64,000 nt of DNA from Anthoceros angustus (Eukaryota; Plantae; Anthocerotophyta): the NCBI GenBank assembly GCA_010909165.1, contig VJWM01000221.1, positions 124,001 to 188,000 of the forward strand, read 5' to 3'. The translations under genes were made by a program, and so were the position numbers. The notes below the pieces were generated by a model. That model was not told where the DNA came from and searched no databases. It was given only the letters and a program-made list of their open reading frames with translations. Numbering within the stretch: position 1 is the first letter of the stretch; the number at the start of each line of letters is the position of its first letter. Below, piece after piece: positions 33,349-43,971 of this stretch.

Positions 33349-36300
33349 AAATTTTTGACCTCAACATCACCGGACCAAAGGCCTGTCACCTTAGACTCTC
33401 TCACTCCCGGCACACAATAGCACAATGAAGGCAGACACACTTCCATCAGGCACTCGGGCACTGCAGTTAACCCCACACGACCACGGCCCCTCGGGATTTT
33501 CCATCAGATAACTCGGGAAAGCACGTTTCCCGATCCCCCTGTCCGCCACACGCACCGCAAACTCTGGGAATATAGGAGCACTTCGAAAGCTCTTTCAGAT
33601 GACCACTTTGTGTGAGCGTCCGCATTGTGCAAACCCATCTAACCGAGGGAGGAAGGAAACGAGGGAGAAAGCGATCCTTTTCTTCTCGCGAGGAAGTGAT
33701 AGGCTGCACAAATCCATCTCATAAAGGATGGATTCTCAACGGATGCCGACTTGGTTCATACCTTTACCATGCCCTTCCTTTGCCGGTCACAATCATGTTC
33801 AAATCGAGTGCAACACATCAAAAACGAGATCAAAATTTCGACCAGCAGCTCAACTCCAGTGAAGGACACATGCCGATCTCCTTGACCGTTCGCCGCGGAG
33901 TTGTGAGTATAGCAGAAGGCTCTGTTACGGGGAGATCTGCAGCAGACCGAGCATTACACATGCATGCATGCAACCTAGGGCAAGAAACTCAGTAACCCTC
34001 GAGACGGGGTATGCCCCCAGGACCAGCCCTCCAAGGCTGCCATCTCTCCACGCAGTTTATCCGCGAGGCGAAGGCGGAGGCTGGCACTATGGCGATGGTA
34101 CAGTTCGTGAGAGTTCTGCAAAATCGCACCACTGGTGTGGAGTCCAGAGCCATCCCACCATCATAAATCTCAAAGCTTTCCACCAAGGTTTTCTTGAGGG
34201 AGGCCACAAACAAACGGCGACTGTTCCTAGGCATCGCAGGCGGTGTCAGACGGGTCGGAAGAACCAACCAACCAGGGGGGGACGGGAGAATTCTCACTTG
34301 ATTGATTATGAAATGCGCATGTTATCCGTTCTCAGATTTTCCTACCCCAAAACCAATAATAAAATTGGTGGGTAAAATTAAAACAAAGAAATCCTAAACT
34401 ATCTTGACAAAAATTATGGTGTCCATTCCCTTCAGGTTAGAGAGAATTTAGCTCTAACAGTTGTTTCAGATTCATTGGTGAGATTATATCAAGGCCTTCT
34501 GTCCAGAGACGCGAGTTAATCAAACCATTGGCTTTGTGTGTTGGGTGATATTGATCCCACCAAAAATAGTTTGACACATGAGGACAAACCTCCATGTTAT
34601 AGAAACAAAGTAGTGCGCCATTATAAGGTCCACACCACAACATGCTCTGTCTCCAAACACGAATTCTACGAAATAAACAAATGGGAGTTAGCTATAATGT
34701 TTTAAGATGAGTTATTGGTAAGCTTGATTTTTTAAAATGACAACCACAATTGTAAGAGATAAAGTAAGAAAGTACTAATAAATACCATAGTCACGAGGAG
34801 ATGAAGTTATTTGTTCTATTACGCGGAAAATATTAGCGACTACTAGATATGTATTAGTGAACTTTAGATTCGTTCAAAAATCGCATTTGTTAAAGCATCA
34901 TTGAAAGTTTTACAAGATCGTTGATAGGAGTAATGCAAGAGCTATCGGACTACGCCATGTATTGAGCGTCGAGTGCATCCAAGAGGACCAATACCTATAA
35001 ATATAAATCTTCTAGCCCCAAATTTTTGACCTCAACATCACCGGACCAAAGGCCTGTCACCTTAGACTCTCTCACTCCCGGCACACAATAGCACAATGAA
35101 GGCAGACACACTTCCATCAGGCACTCAGGCACTGCAGTTAACCCCACACGACCACGGCCCCTCGATTTTCCATCAGATAACTCAGGAAAGCACGTTTCCC
35201 GATCCCCTGTCCGCCACACGCACCGCAAACTCTGGGAATATAGGAGCACTTCAAGCTCTTTCAGATGACCACTTTGTGTGAGCGTCCGCATTGTGCAAAC
35301 CCATCTAACCGAGGAGGAAGGAAACGAGGGAGAAAGCGATCCTTTTCTTCTCGCGAGGAAGTGATAGGCTGCACAAATCCATCTCATAAAGGATGGATTC
35401 TCAACGGATGCCGACTTGGTTCATACCTTTACCATGCCCTTCCTTTGCCGGTCACAATCATGTTCAAAATCAGTGCAACACATCAAAAACGAGATCAAAA
35501 TTTCGACCAGCAGCTCAACTCCAGTGAAGGACACATGCCGATCTCCTTGACCGTTCGCCGCGGAGTTGTGAGTATAGCAGAAGGCTCTGTTACGGGAGAT
35601 CTGCAGCAGACCGAGCATTACATGCATGCATGCAACCTAGGGCAAGAAACTCAGTAACCCTCGAGACGGGGTATGCCCCAGGACCAGCCCTCCAAGGCTG
35701 CCATCTCTCCACGCAGTTTATCCGCGAGGCGAAGGCGGAGGCTGGCACTATGGCGATGGTACAGTTCGTGAGAGTTCTGCAAAATCGCACCACTGGTGTG
35801 GAGTCCAGAGCCATCCCACCATCATAAATCTCAAAGCTTTCCACCAAGGTTTTCTTGAGGAGGCCACAAACAAACGGCGACTGTTCCTAGGCATCGCAGG
35901 CGGTGTCAGACAGGTCGGAAGAACCAACCAACCAGGGGGACGGGAGAATTCTCACTTGATTGATTATGAAATGCGCATGTTATCCGTTCTCAGATTTTCC
36001 TACCCCAAAACCAATAATAAAATTGGTGGGTAAAATTAAAACAAAGAAATCCTAAACTATCTTGACAAAAATTATGGTGTCCATTCCCTTCAGGTTAGAG
36101 AGAATTTAGCTCTAACAGTTGTTTCAGATTCATTGGTGAGATTATATCAAGGCCTTCTGTCCAGAGACGCGAGTTAATCAAACCATTGGCTTTGTGTGTT
36201 GGGTGATATTGATCCCACCAAAAATAGTTTGACACATGAGGACAAACCTCCATGTTATAGAAACAAAGTAGTGCGCCATTATAAGGTCCCACACCACAAC

Positions 36301-36692
36301 ATGCTCTGTCTCCAAACACGAATTCTACACAGAAATAAACAAATGGGAGTTAGCTATAATGTTTTAAGATGAGTTATTGGTAAGCTTGATTTTTTTTAAA
36401 AATGACAACCACAATTGTAAGAGATAAAGTAAGAAAGTACTAATAAATACCATAGTCACGAGGAGATGAAGTTATTTGTTCTATTACGCGGAAAATATTA
36501 GCGACTACTAGATATGTATTAGTGAACTTTAGATTCAGTTCAAAAATCGCATTTGTTAAAGCATCATTGAAAGTTTTTACAAGATCGTTGATAGGAGTAA
36601 TGCAAGAGCTATCAGGACTCTGCCATGTATTCAGAGCGTCAGGAGTGCATCCAAGAGGACCAATACCTATAAATATAAATCTTCTAGCCCCA
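33349..36692. repeat. 1.67-kb head-to-tail duplication (33349-35020 and 35020-36692)
   Basis: The units are near-identical. Junction ttctagcccca|aatttttgacc at 35020. They differ mostly by 1-2-nt indels. Confidence 0.95.
34437..35020 (-). pseudogene. Duplicated 3' half of the GDSL gene (exon 5 and most of exon 4)
   Basis: [33 protein letters not shown]...ELNSL* is identical to 36095..36319. Exon 4 is truncated at the duplication junction and carries indels. Confidence 0.85.
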
Positions 36693-37768
36693 GCCCAAAT
36701 AAGCACCTGAAGATGTAGAGAGTGAGATTAGAATGTGATGAAAATTTAAAAAATATTAAATTAAATACAACACTATGGTATAATCTAAAGAAAGTTAAGT
36801 TTTAACATAGACCTCAATTTGTTGGATGTATTGTGTGACCAGAGTACTACTGAAATCTTCGATTGGTTGAAGAGGGACAGTTTCATTCAATGCATGGGCG
36901 GTGTAGTTGAGTAGATAGTTATGTAGAAAATCATTGTTTCCAATAGAGAAGTAAAATAATGAATTAGAGATCAAGTTATTTGTTGCTACGGGACCAAGTG
37001 TGGTATTAAGACGCCCTTGCATATGAATAAAGTATTGGATTTGTTCCTTGAATGTGATTCTATTGCCCTACAAAACAAAACCAAATATTTAAAAATATTT
37101 TATAAAATAAAACTAAATCATTAACCTTGAAATAAATTTCTAAGATATGTATGAACATTATACCAAATCAAATCCACTGTGATCCAAAATTCCAGCCCCT
37201 GAGGACGCAAAATTTACTCCCTTGAAGTTGCCATAATCAATAGTATGTGTAAGGCCCAAGAAGGGAGGTGGGAAAGGAAGACCCATACCCTCAGCTGAAA
37301 CATAACGTTCAAAAGCATATTAGAAATATCAACTAACATAAACTTGACATATTCACTCTACTAGAGCAATATTAAGAAATGAGGCTTCTCATATATATTA
37401 CGAATAATCTACATTGATACGTTCATCTACATGTACATACCTAGATAATCAACACCCAATCTGCCATTGGAAAACCTTCCGGTTGGTCTATGAGTGTCAA
37501 AATCCCTTCCATATGGTGGATGATCAGCATTGGCTAATGCTAAGAATAAATGAGCATTATTTCCCACATCTGCGGTGGAATCCCCAAAGACAAACAGGGC
37601 CTGTAATGAGGTATTAGCTCTTGGAACCTGAAATTCGAGATCGTGTTTTGTGGAATTTTTGGACACAAGAGGTCGAGAATTGACCCTTGTAGTCCACAAA
37701 ACAATCAGAATAACATAAATCAAAATAAGGTATGAAGAGCTTAATGATGTTTTGGTGACCATCTTCAT
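36095..37768 (-). CDS. Secreted GDSL/SGNH esterase-lipase, 5 exons, intact
   Basis: Signal peptide; block [28 protein letters not shown]; block [14 protein letters not shown]; block III SIGNND; GPLGCTP; block V WDQYHPT. Splice phases are consistent. Confidence 0.93.
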
Positions 37769-39045
37769 TGTGCTCTTCAAATCTGATCGATTCAAAGATT
37801 TCGTGATCCTCCTGCAATAACAGAATTAGAAGAAAAATTACAGCTGCATAGAAAGCTTGAGTACCTTGGTTAGTTCGAGTTAAAAAAGACCAACACGCAA
37901 TGTTTATATAGAGATCTTCCTTTTAACTTCTATTTCAAATTATACAATGAATAATAAAGAGAAAAGAGAATTTTCTATGTGGAGTATTCTTGAAAAAGGT
38001 AATATATGTACTTATACTTACGATATATTTTAAACTTAGAAGTTATATATTTTAGTATTATATTAATAATTTTAAATATATTCAGATGGTAATACGGAAC
38101 ATCTTAATAATACTTTGTTGCTGGAAAGAAGATTGTAAAAATGTTGAATTGATTACAAGGTAGTATTTAAATCGTGTGACATCTGAATAAATAAAAGCAT
38201 ATCAATAGTCCAATGCAGTGGGGCAAAACGGAACGTGTGCCGGTCGTGCAAGGAGTGGGGAGTAGCGCGGCCCACGGGGAGTCCGCTGGACATTAGTCAT
38301 TGGCGTTGTTGTGTTGCCCCGGCTCCCGGGCGTGACCCACGGACGGGAAGTGGAGTCATACTGCCGGCGTGTAATAGTCGGTTGCCGGCGCTCCCGGTTA
38401 AACATTGGCGCAAGAAATGGGGCCACAAGCGTACGCTACACGTCGCACAGACATTGCAGTCCAGTCCATTCCCCGGTTCCGGTGACAGCCAGCCCATCGC
38501 AGGCCAGGGCCCGGGCCAGCCCCGTCCAGTCGTGAGCCTGTCGCCCCACGCGCTGCAGCCCGGCCCGGGAGGGGCGCTGCCGCTGCCGCTGGCGTTGGCG
38601 CTGGCGCTGGTTGGCGTCTTCCGCCTCCTGCGGCTCCAGCCGAATGATGCACCGGAGCCGCATGGCTTGCAGGACCGAGTGAAGTGACGCACTGCTGCCG
38701 CCTCGGTGCTGCCTGGCTTGCGCGCCGCCGGCTCCGCGGGTGCAGGGGTCGTGAAATCTGCTCACTTCTGCTCGGCTGTGCTCTGCGTAGATCTGCGTGC
38801 GGCGTTGGTGCGATCCGGGATCGGGATTGGGATCGTGATCGGGGCCGGGATCGGGACGCGGGATGGGAGGAAGGGGGAATGTCTGAGCGGCAGAGGGGAG
38901 CTGGATCGAGCGAGGCGCGAGCTTTTGCTTGTGCTTGTGCTTGTTTCGGTCGGAAGGCGGCAGCTGCGGCGGCCGGACCGGCAGGCGCTTCTGGTAGGGC
39001 TACTCTGCGGAGCGGCTTGATGGTACATTGGTGAGGACTGGGAGG

Positions 39046-41796
39046 ATGGAGAGGTGTTGCAAGATGAGGTCGGCATTGCATCGGGCGATCGTGTTGTTCG
39101 TCTTGGTTGCGAGTTTGTCGTGCCTTGGGAGCGGGCGGAAGTACGGTCCGAGTGATGTCGCGGTGGTAGGGCGGGGAGGAGGTGTGGAGGTGGAGGGGTT
39201 TAGAGGTGTTGGAAATGCGGATCGGCTGCTTTTGCGGTCGGGGGAGCGGGTGAGAGGGAGATTCTTGCTGGAGGATCAGAATTCTGGTGAGCGGAAGGAG
39301 GAGGAGAGGAAGGACGGGGAGCGCAGGATGTGACGGCGGAGGAGAATCAGGACTGGTCGGCGGAGAAGGAGGGGAGAAGGCGGGGAGAAGAAGGAGGAGG
39401 GGAGGGGAAGTGATGGAGGGGAGGATAAGGACGGGGGGAGGGGAGATCAGTCGTCTGGTGCGGGAGAGTGGAAGGACGGTGAGGAGCAGAAGAATGTGGA
39501 GGCTGCGGCGAGCGGCGGTGGCCTATCGGGAGGCGTGAAGGAGGAGTGGAAAGAGGAGCGTAAGGAGGAGGAGCAGAAGCAGCACAAGTCGGAGGATAGT
39601 AAGGATGATTGGAAGGCCGAGAGTGAGAAGAAGGAGGAAGAGAAACGCGAATGGACGGAGGAGAAGAAAGAGCAGGAGAGAGGGGAGGAGGTGAAGGAGG
39701 AGAAAAGTGAGCAGGAACCGCAGGAGCGGAAGGAGAGCGGAGGGGACAAGGGAGACGGACAGGAAGGGAGAAAGGAGCAGAAGAAAGAGGACAGTGCAGA
39801 GGTGGTGGAGGAGGTCAAGAAGGAGGAGTCCTCCAAGGAGCATTGGCAGGAGGAACAGAAGAAAGAGGAGAAAGCTGAGGGATGGAGTGACGAGCAGGGA
39901 CAGAAAGGCGGGAGAGAGGAGGGGCCTGAGTTCGCAGAGGAGAAGAAGGAAGTGCGGAAGGAGGAGGAGCAGCCGAAGGGAGCGGCAGAGGAGAAAAAGG
40001 AAGAGTGGAAGGAGGAGGATAAGCCGAAGGCAGCTGTGGAGGAGAAGAAGGAAGAGTCGAAGGAGGAGGAGGAGGAGGAGGAGCAGCCGAAGGAAGCGGC
40101 GGAGGAGAAAAAGGAAGAGTGGAAGGAGGAGAAGAAGGAAGAGAGGAAGGAGGAGAAGAAGGAAGAGTGGAAGGAGGAGAAGAAGGAAGAGTCGAAGGAG
40201 GAGAAGAAGGAAGAGTCGAAGGAGGAGAAGAAGGAAGAGTCGAAGGAGGAGAAGAAGGAAGAGGAGCAGCCGAAGGAAGCGGCGGAGGAGAAGAAGGAAG
40301 TGTGGAAGGAGGAGGAGCAGCCGAAGGATGTGGCTCAAGAGAACATGGGCGCGCGGAGAGAGGAGCAAGAATTGAACGAGGGCACAGAGAAGAAAGAAGC
40401 ATGGAAGACGGAAGAGGACGAGGAGAAGGAAGAAGAACCAGCAAAACAAGAGTGGAAGAAGGAGCCCAAGGAGGAGCAGTCGCAAGGTGACGAAGCCGAC
40501 GAAACGAGGGTGGAACTTAAGAGTGATCCGGCAGAAGAGCGCAGGGAGGAGCGGGTTGAGGAGAATCAGGAGTGGAACGACGCAAACGATGAGGGAATCA
40601 AAACAGAGAACAGAGGAGACAGGGCTGACGAGTCCAAGGAGGAGCAAGAGACTAAGGATACCAATCGCAAGGAGTTCACAGAGGAGAAAAAAGTGGTTGT
40701 GGAAAAGGTTGAAAAGTGGGAGGAGAATCCGATTAAGGAGATAGGCGGTGAGAAAGAGCAAGAGTGGACATCAGATGGAAGGGTTGAGAAAGGCAACAAC
40801 GAGCAGACTGAACAGGGTGATGGTTCTGAGAAAGGCGAGGGTAGACAAGCTGAAGGAGATGATGAGCAGGAAGAAGAGAAACAGGGGGAGGGTGAGGCGG
40901 AAGATCAGAAAGAAGAGTCAGAGCACGGGCAGCACGAGTCCCACGCAGAGGAAGAGGTCAGATTGCCGGGCGAGAGGCAGGACGGTGACGATGTGGACCT
41001 TGGAAAGCTGGTCACTGACCCACAAGATGCCGGGGCTGAAGATGAGAATGCTGCCGAAGTTGCGGGGGCTGACTTTGACCTCTCTGACAACCTGAAGGAG
41101 TTTGGTCAGCAACTTGAGAAGACAGCAGGTTCGATTACCAACATTATCAACCCTGGCTTACAAAAGGGGGCTGAAATAGGAAAGCGGCTCATTGAGAGGG
41201 GCCACACACAGGTTACTGAGAGTTTCTCGCCCCTTATTGGACGAGAGTATGCTCCCCTGGTTGCCTCACTTATTTCTTATGGCATTCTGTTGGTACCTTT
41301 GGGGCTCGTGGTGTTCATTTTTGAGCGGATCAGGGCAGTTCTCTCTTTGCGCAAAGTTATCCTCTTCATCAACATATATTTGGCTGCTTATTTCGCCTCT
41401 CTTGTTCTTGCATCCTTGGCACTCAAGAATGAGCCGATGGAGCTGCTGTCTAAATACTCTCCATCCAGCTACCTCTTTTTGCAGATTCTGCAAGCATTGG
41501 GCTATGCCCTTTACTTTGTTCTGCAGAACATCTTCCTCATATCTACCTGTTCAACTGAGGAGTTCTGCCACAGATTCTCAGCTCTCCTACAATGGGTGGT
41601 TGCAGGTACGGTTGGTCTGCACTATTATATCATGGTGTTTCACAGAGCCATGGTGAAGAAGCCTCCACGCATCTCTTGGGAAGTTTATGGCATCTATAGT
41701 GTCGCGTTTGCTGTATTGTGCCTACTGGCAAAGCTTAAAAGGGGTAAGAAGGAGTATGTGCCCATTGGAGATGATACCACGGACAAGAAGAACTGA
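39046..41796 (+). CDS. Single-exon protein: signal peptide, long Glu/Lys-rich low-complexity region and C-terminal multi-pass TM domain; apparent assembly frameshifts at about 39325-39385
   Basis: ORFs 39028..39333 (signal-peptide-like ALHRAIVLFVLVASLSCLG) and 39496..41796 are in the same frame. The C-terminus has about 6 hydrophobic segments (YAPLVASLISYGILLVPL...VGLHYYIMVFHR...KKPPRISW). Confidence 0.75.
40100..40265 (+). repeat. 24-bp coding repeat (EEKKEE[W/R/S]K) about x6
   Basis: gaggagaagaaggaagag(tgg/agg/tcg)aag units. Confidence 0.85.
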
Positions 41797-42821
41797 GAGG
41801 GTATTTTCTCTCGCCTACTATTTGAAGGAGGCTTTCCAACATCCGTCATTTATTCAGAGACAACCAGCATAGTCGGGATATGCCCGACTTCGGACTCTAA
41901 TGCTGGGAAACTTATACACCATAATTTTTGCATGTCCGGTTCGACTTGCCAGCATCCGTGTAGTCACGCAATAGGTGTTAGGTGTGTAGATCATCCTGCT
42001 GTACTAATGTGCAGAGTAGACTCAAAGAGCCGACAAATTCTGCTCTAGGAGGTGTGCTGATTACCGAGGAATTTACTTCTGACAATTATTTGTTGCCGGT
42101 TCCACCGCCCTCAAAACTGCCAGCCTGATTCTGGTTGGCGCAACGTTCACACATGCGCGAATTGATGAGCGTGCGGCGGAGTCACTCTTGTAACTCTAAT
42201 CAATATTTTGATTCTTTGGGTTGTTCGTGGAGCAGTATTCCCGTTGATGCATTCTCCTCTGTCTCCTTTGTCGCGGTTAACAAATAAAGATCTAGCTCAT
42301 TTGTCATACCAGTCCTGAACAAAAGCATCCAGTACATCGTACATTGGCGTGCATTAGGCCCCCCTTAGCCAAGGTTTACCCTCATTGCAATACAAACACC
42401 ACAACTATTCCACGCCGGATTGGAGTTCTCCAGGCAACTTGCTGCGGTGCGCTGCAATACCTGTTGAACAGATAAAAAGATGCAGAAAGCAAAAGCATTT
42501 GAACTACCAGCAACTGCAAGACAGCTTCAAGTTCAAGACGACGAGAGAAGCTTGGCCGGGTGCGCTAGGGGGCAACTTTTGACTCACCAACACAGACCTT
42601 CACGCCTCATCTCAAGGTCGTCCACCGCAATCTGTAACAGGAGTTCGCATAAGCCAGAAAGCTGTTCCGCGCCGCACACAGTCGCCTTGCCTTCATGTAT
42701 GCAGGTGATGGATTCGTACAGTAGTGACAGAAGCACGGGCAGCAGCAGCTGCATAACCTGGCAGAGGCCAGAACCAAATCATCTCCTACCTTGCGACGTC
42801 CTTGTACAACCGTCCGATTTT

Positions 42822-43423
42822 CTACGTCTCCTTCTCATCGTCTTTCCCGAGGTTCTCATACTGACTATAGTCTTCAATACAGTCCAGGTACGACTCTGTC
42901 ACAATTTCACCAGCACCTTCGTTGATCCTATTCGCAATGGCCTTGAACACCGGCTTGTGTGTGAGAGCAGCCTCCTTGTTGTTTCGCAGAAACTCGTTTG
43001 CTTCCTCGGAGAGCTGCAGCGCAAGGCCATACTTGTTGGAAGACTGAGCTATTAGACGCTCCACGTCAATCAACACCTGCTTTCCTTCCTCCCTGATAAG
43101 CCGTTTCTGAGCGTCCAGGAAGGGAAAATCTTGCTCCTTGTCATCTAATCTGGGATCCCTCCTCCGCTGCCAACACACGCAAACATATGTCAATCCAGAA
43201 CGCACTGAGGCCAGCCTCCTGATTCCTCACTCTCAGCGAATTGTCCACTTACTGCTCTCCTCCGCCTGAAGCTCACGGAATCCTTCCCGCCATTCCAGTT
43301 TCCTGGCCTGGACTTGCCTGATGGAGAGCCACTAGATCCGCGCTGCGACGGCGTAAAGGGGTCCGGAGCTGCCGCCGCGCAGATGCGCAAGCGGTGGCAA
43401 GCCGATAGAGTCGCTGCAGCCAT
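42822..43423 (-). CDS. PTAC7: Plastid transcriptionally active chromosome protein 7 (pTAC7/PAP12)-like, 2 exons
   Basis: Transit peptide, then FLDAQKRLIREEGKQVLIDVERLI...NKY...EEANEFLRNNKE...KPVFKAIANRINE, which parallels the angiosperm pTAC7 core recalled from memory (FVEEQVRKIREVGKVMTMDIEQLL...AEATEYV...KAIFHVLSNRVND). Confidence 0.72.
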
Positions 43424-43971
43424 ATTGGCCACCAGACCGACTGAAGCTTAGGGCGGCATAAGAATGTACCAGAAGAAGGAAAACGGGAATAATTTGGTTG
43501 GCCGCATTTGCCACTAAATAATTGGGCGTGATTTCATCGTTCTAGCTCCCCAACGAAAATTCCTCGCATCAGCGAGCGCTAGATTTCGCCGGTGTTCTCG
43601 GCCTGGCCGAGCTTTGTTGCGGCAGGCGTGTGCGATTTCGTTGCGGCGCAGTCGATCTACTGCTCGTGGCTTGGCAGGAGCAACTGTTTGGGGACGGCAG
43701 TGTCTTGGAGCAGATCGGGGGTGTAGTAATTTCAGTCCCGAGGTGGATGGGCAGCTTCTGAGATTAGGTTAGGAGATCGAGGCAGCTGCAGGCTTCAGGT
43801 GCGAAATCCTTGAGAAAGACGGAGGATTTGAAGCATGGTGGCAGTGCTGGGGAGGTGGCGGAGATTGCGTGCGCAGGTGCGAGGGGAGTTCGATCGCATT
43901 GGTCGTGGTACTCGGAACGACGGATATTGAGTTTCTCCCTCCCGCATACGGTTGCTGAGAGCTGAGGAGTA

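Noticed and set aside
33480-33620. NB-ARC P-loop (GGQGIGK) or LRR remnant
   Set aside because: The motif lacks the following T/S, the frame is unstable between the two duplicate units, and no other NLR motifs are present.
38200-39020. Overlapping GC-rich ORFs upstream of the Glu/Lys-rich gene
   Set aside because: Low-complexity GC-rich promoter or 5' UTR with open frames on both strands and no family signal.
22560-39390. Programmed frameshifting or stop read-through in UPL3 and the Glu/Lys-rich gene
   Set aside because: No slippery heptamers are present. The defects are single-base losses in homopolymer or GC runs, so assembly error is simpler.
39523-40761. Leu-rich 412-aa and Arg-rich 222-aa ORFs
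   Set aside because: Alternative-frame and antisense readings of the GAG/AAG-rich Glu/Lys coding repeat.
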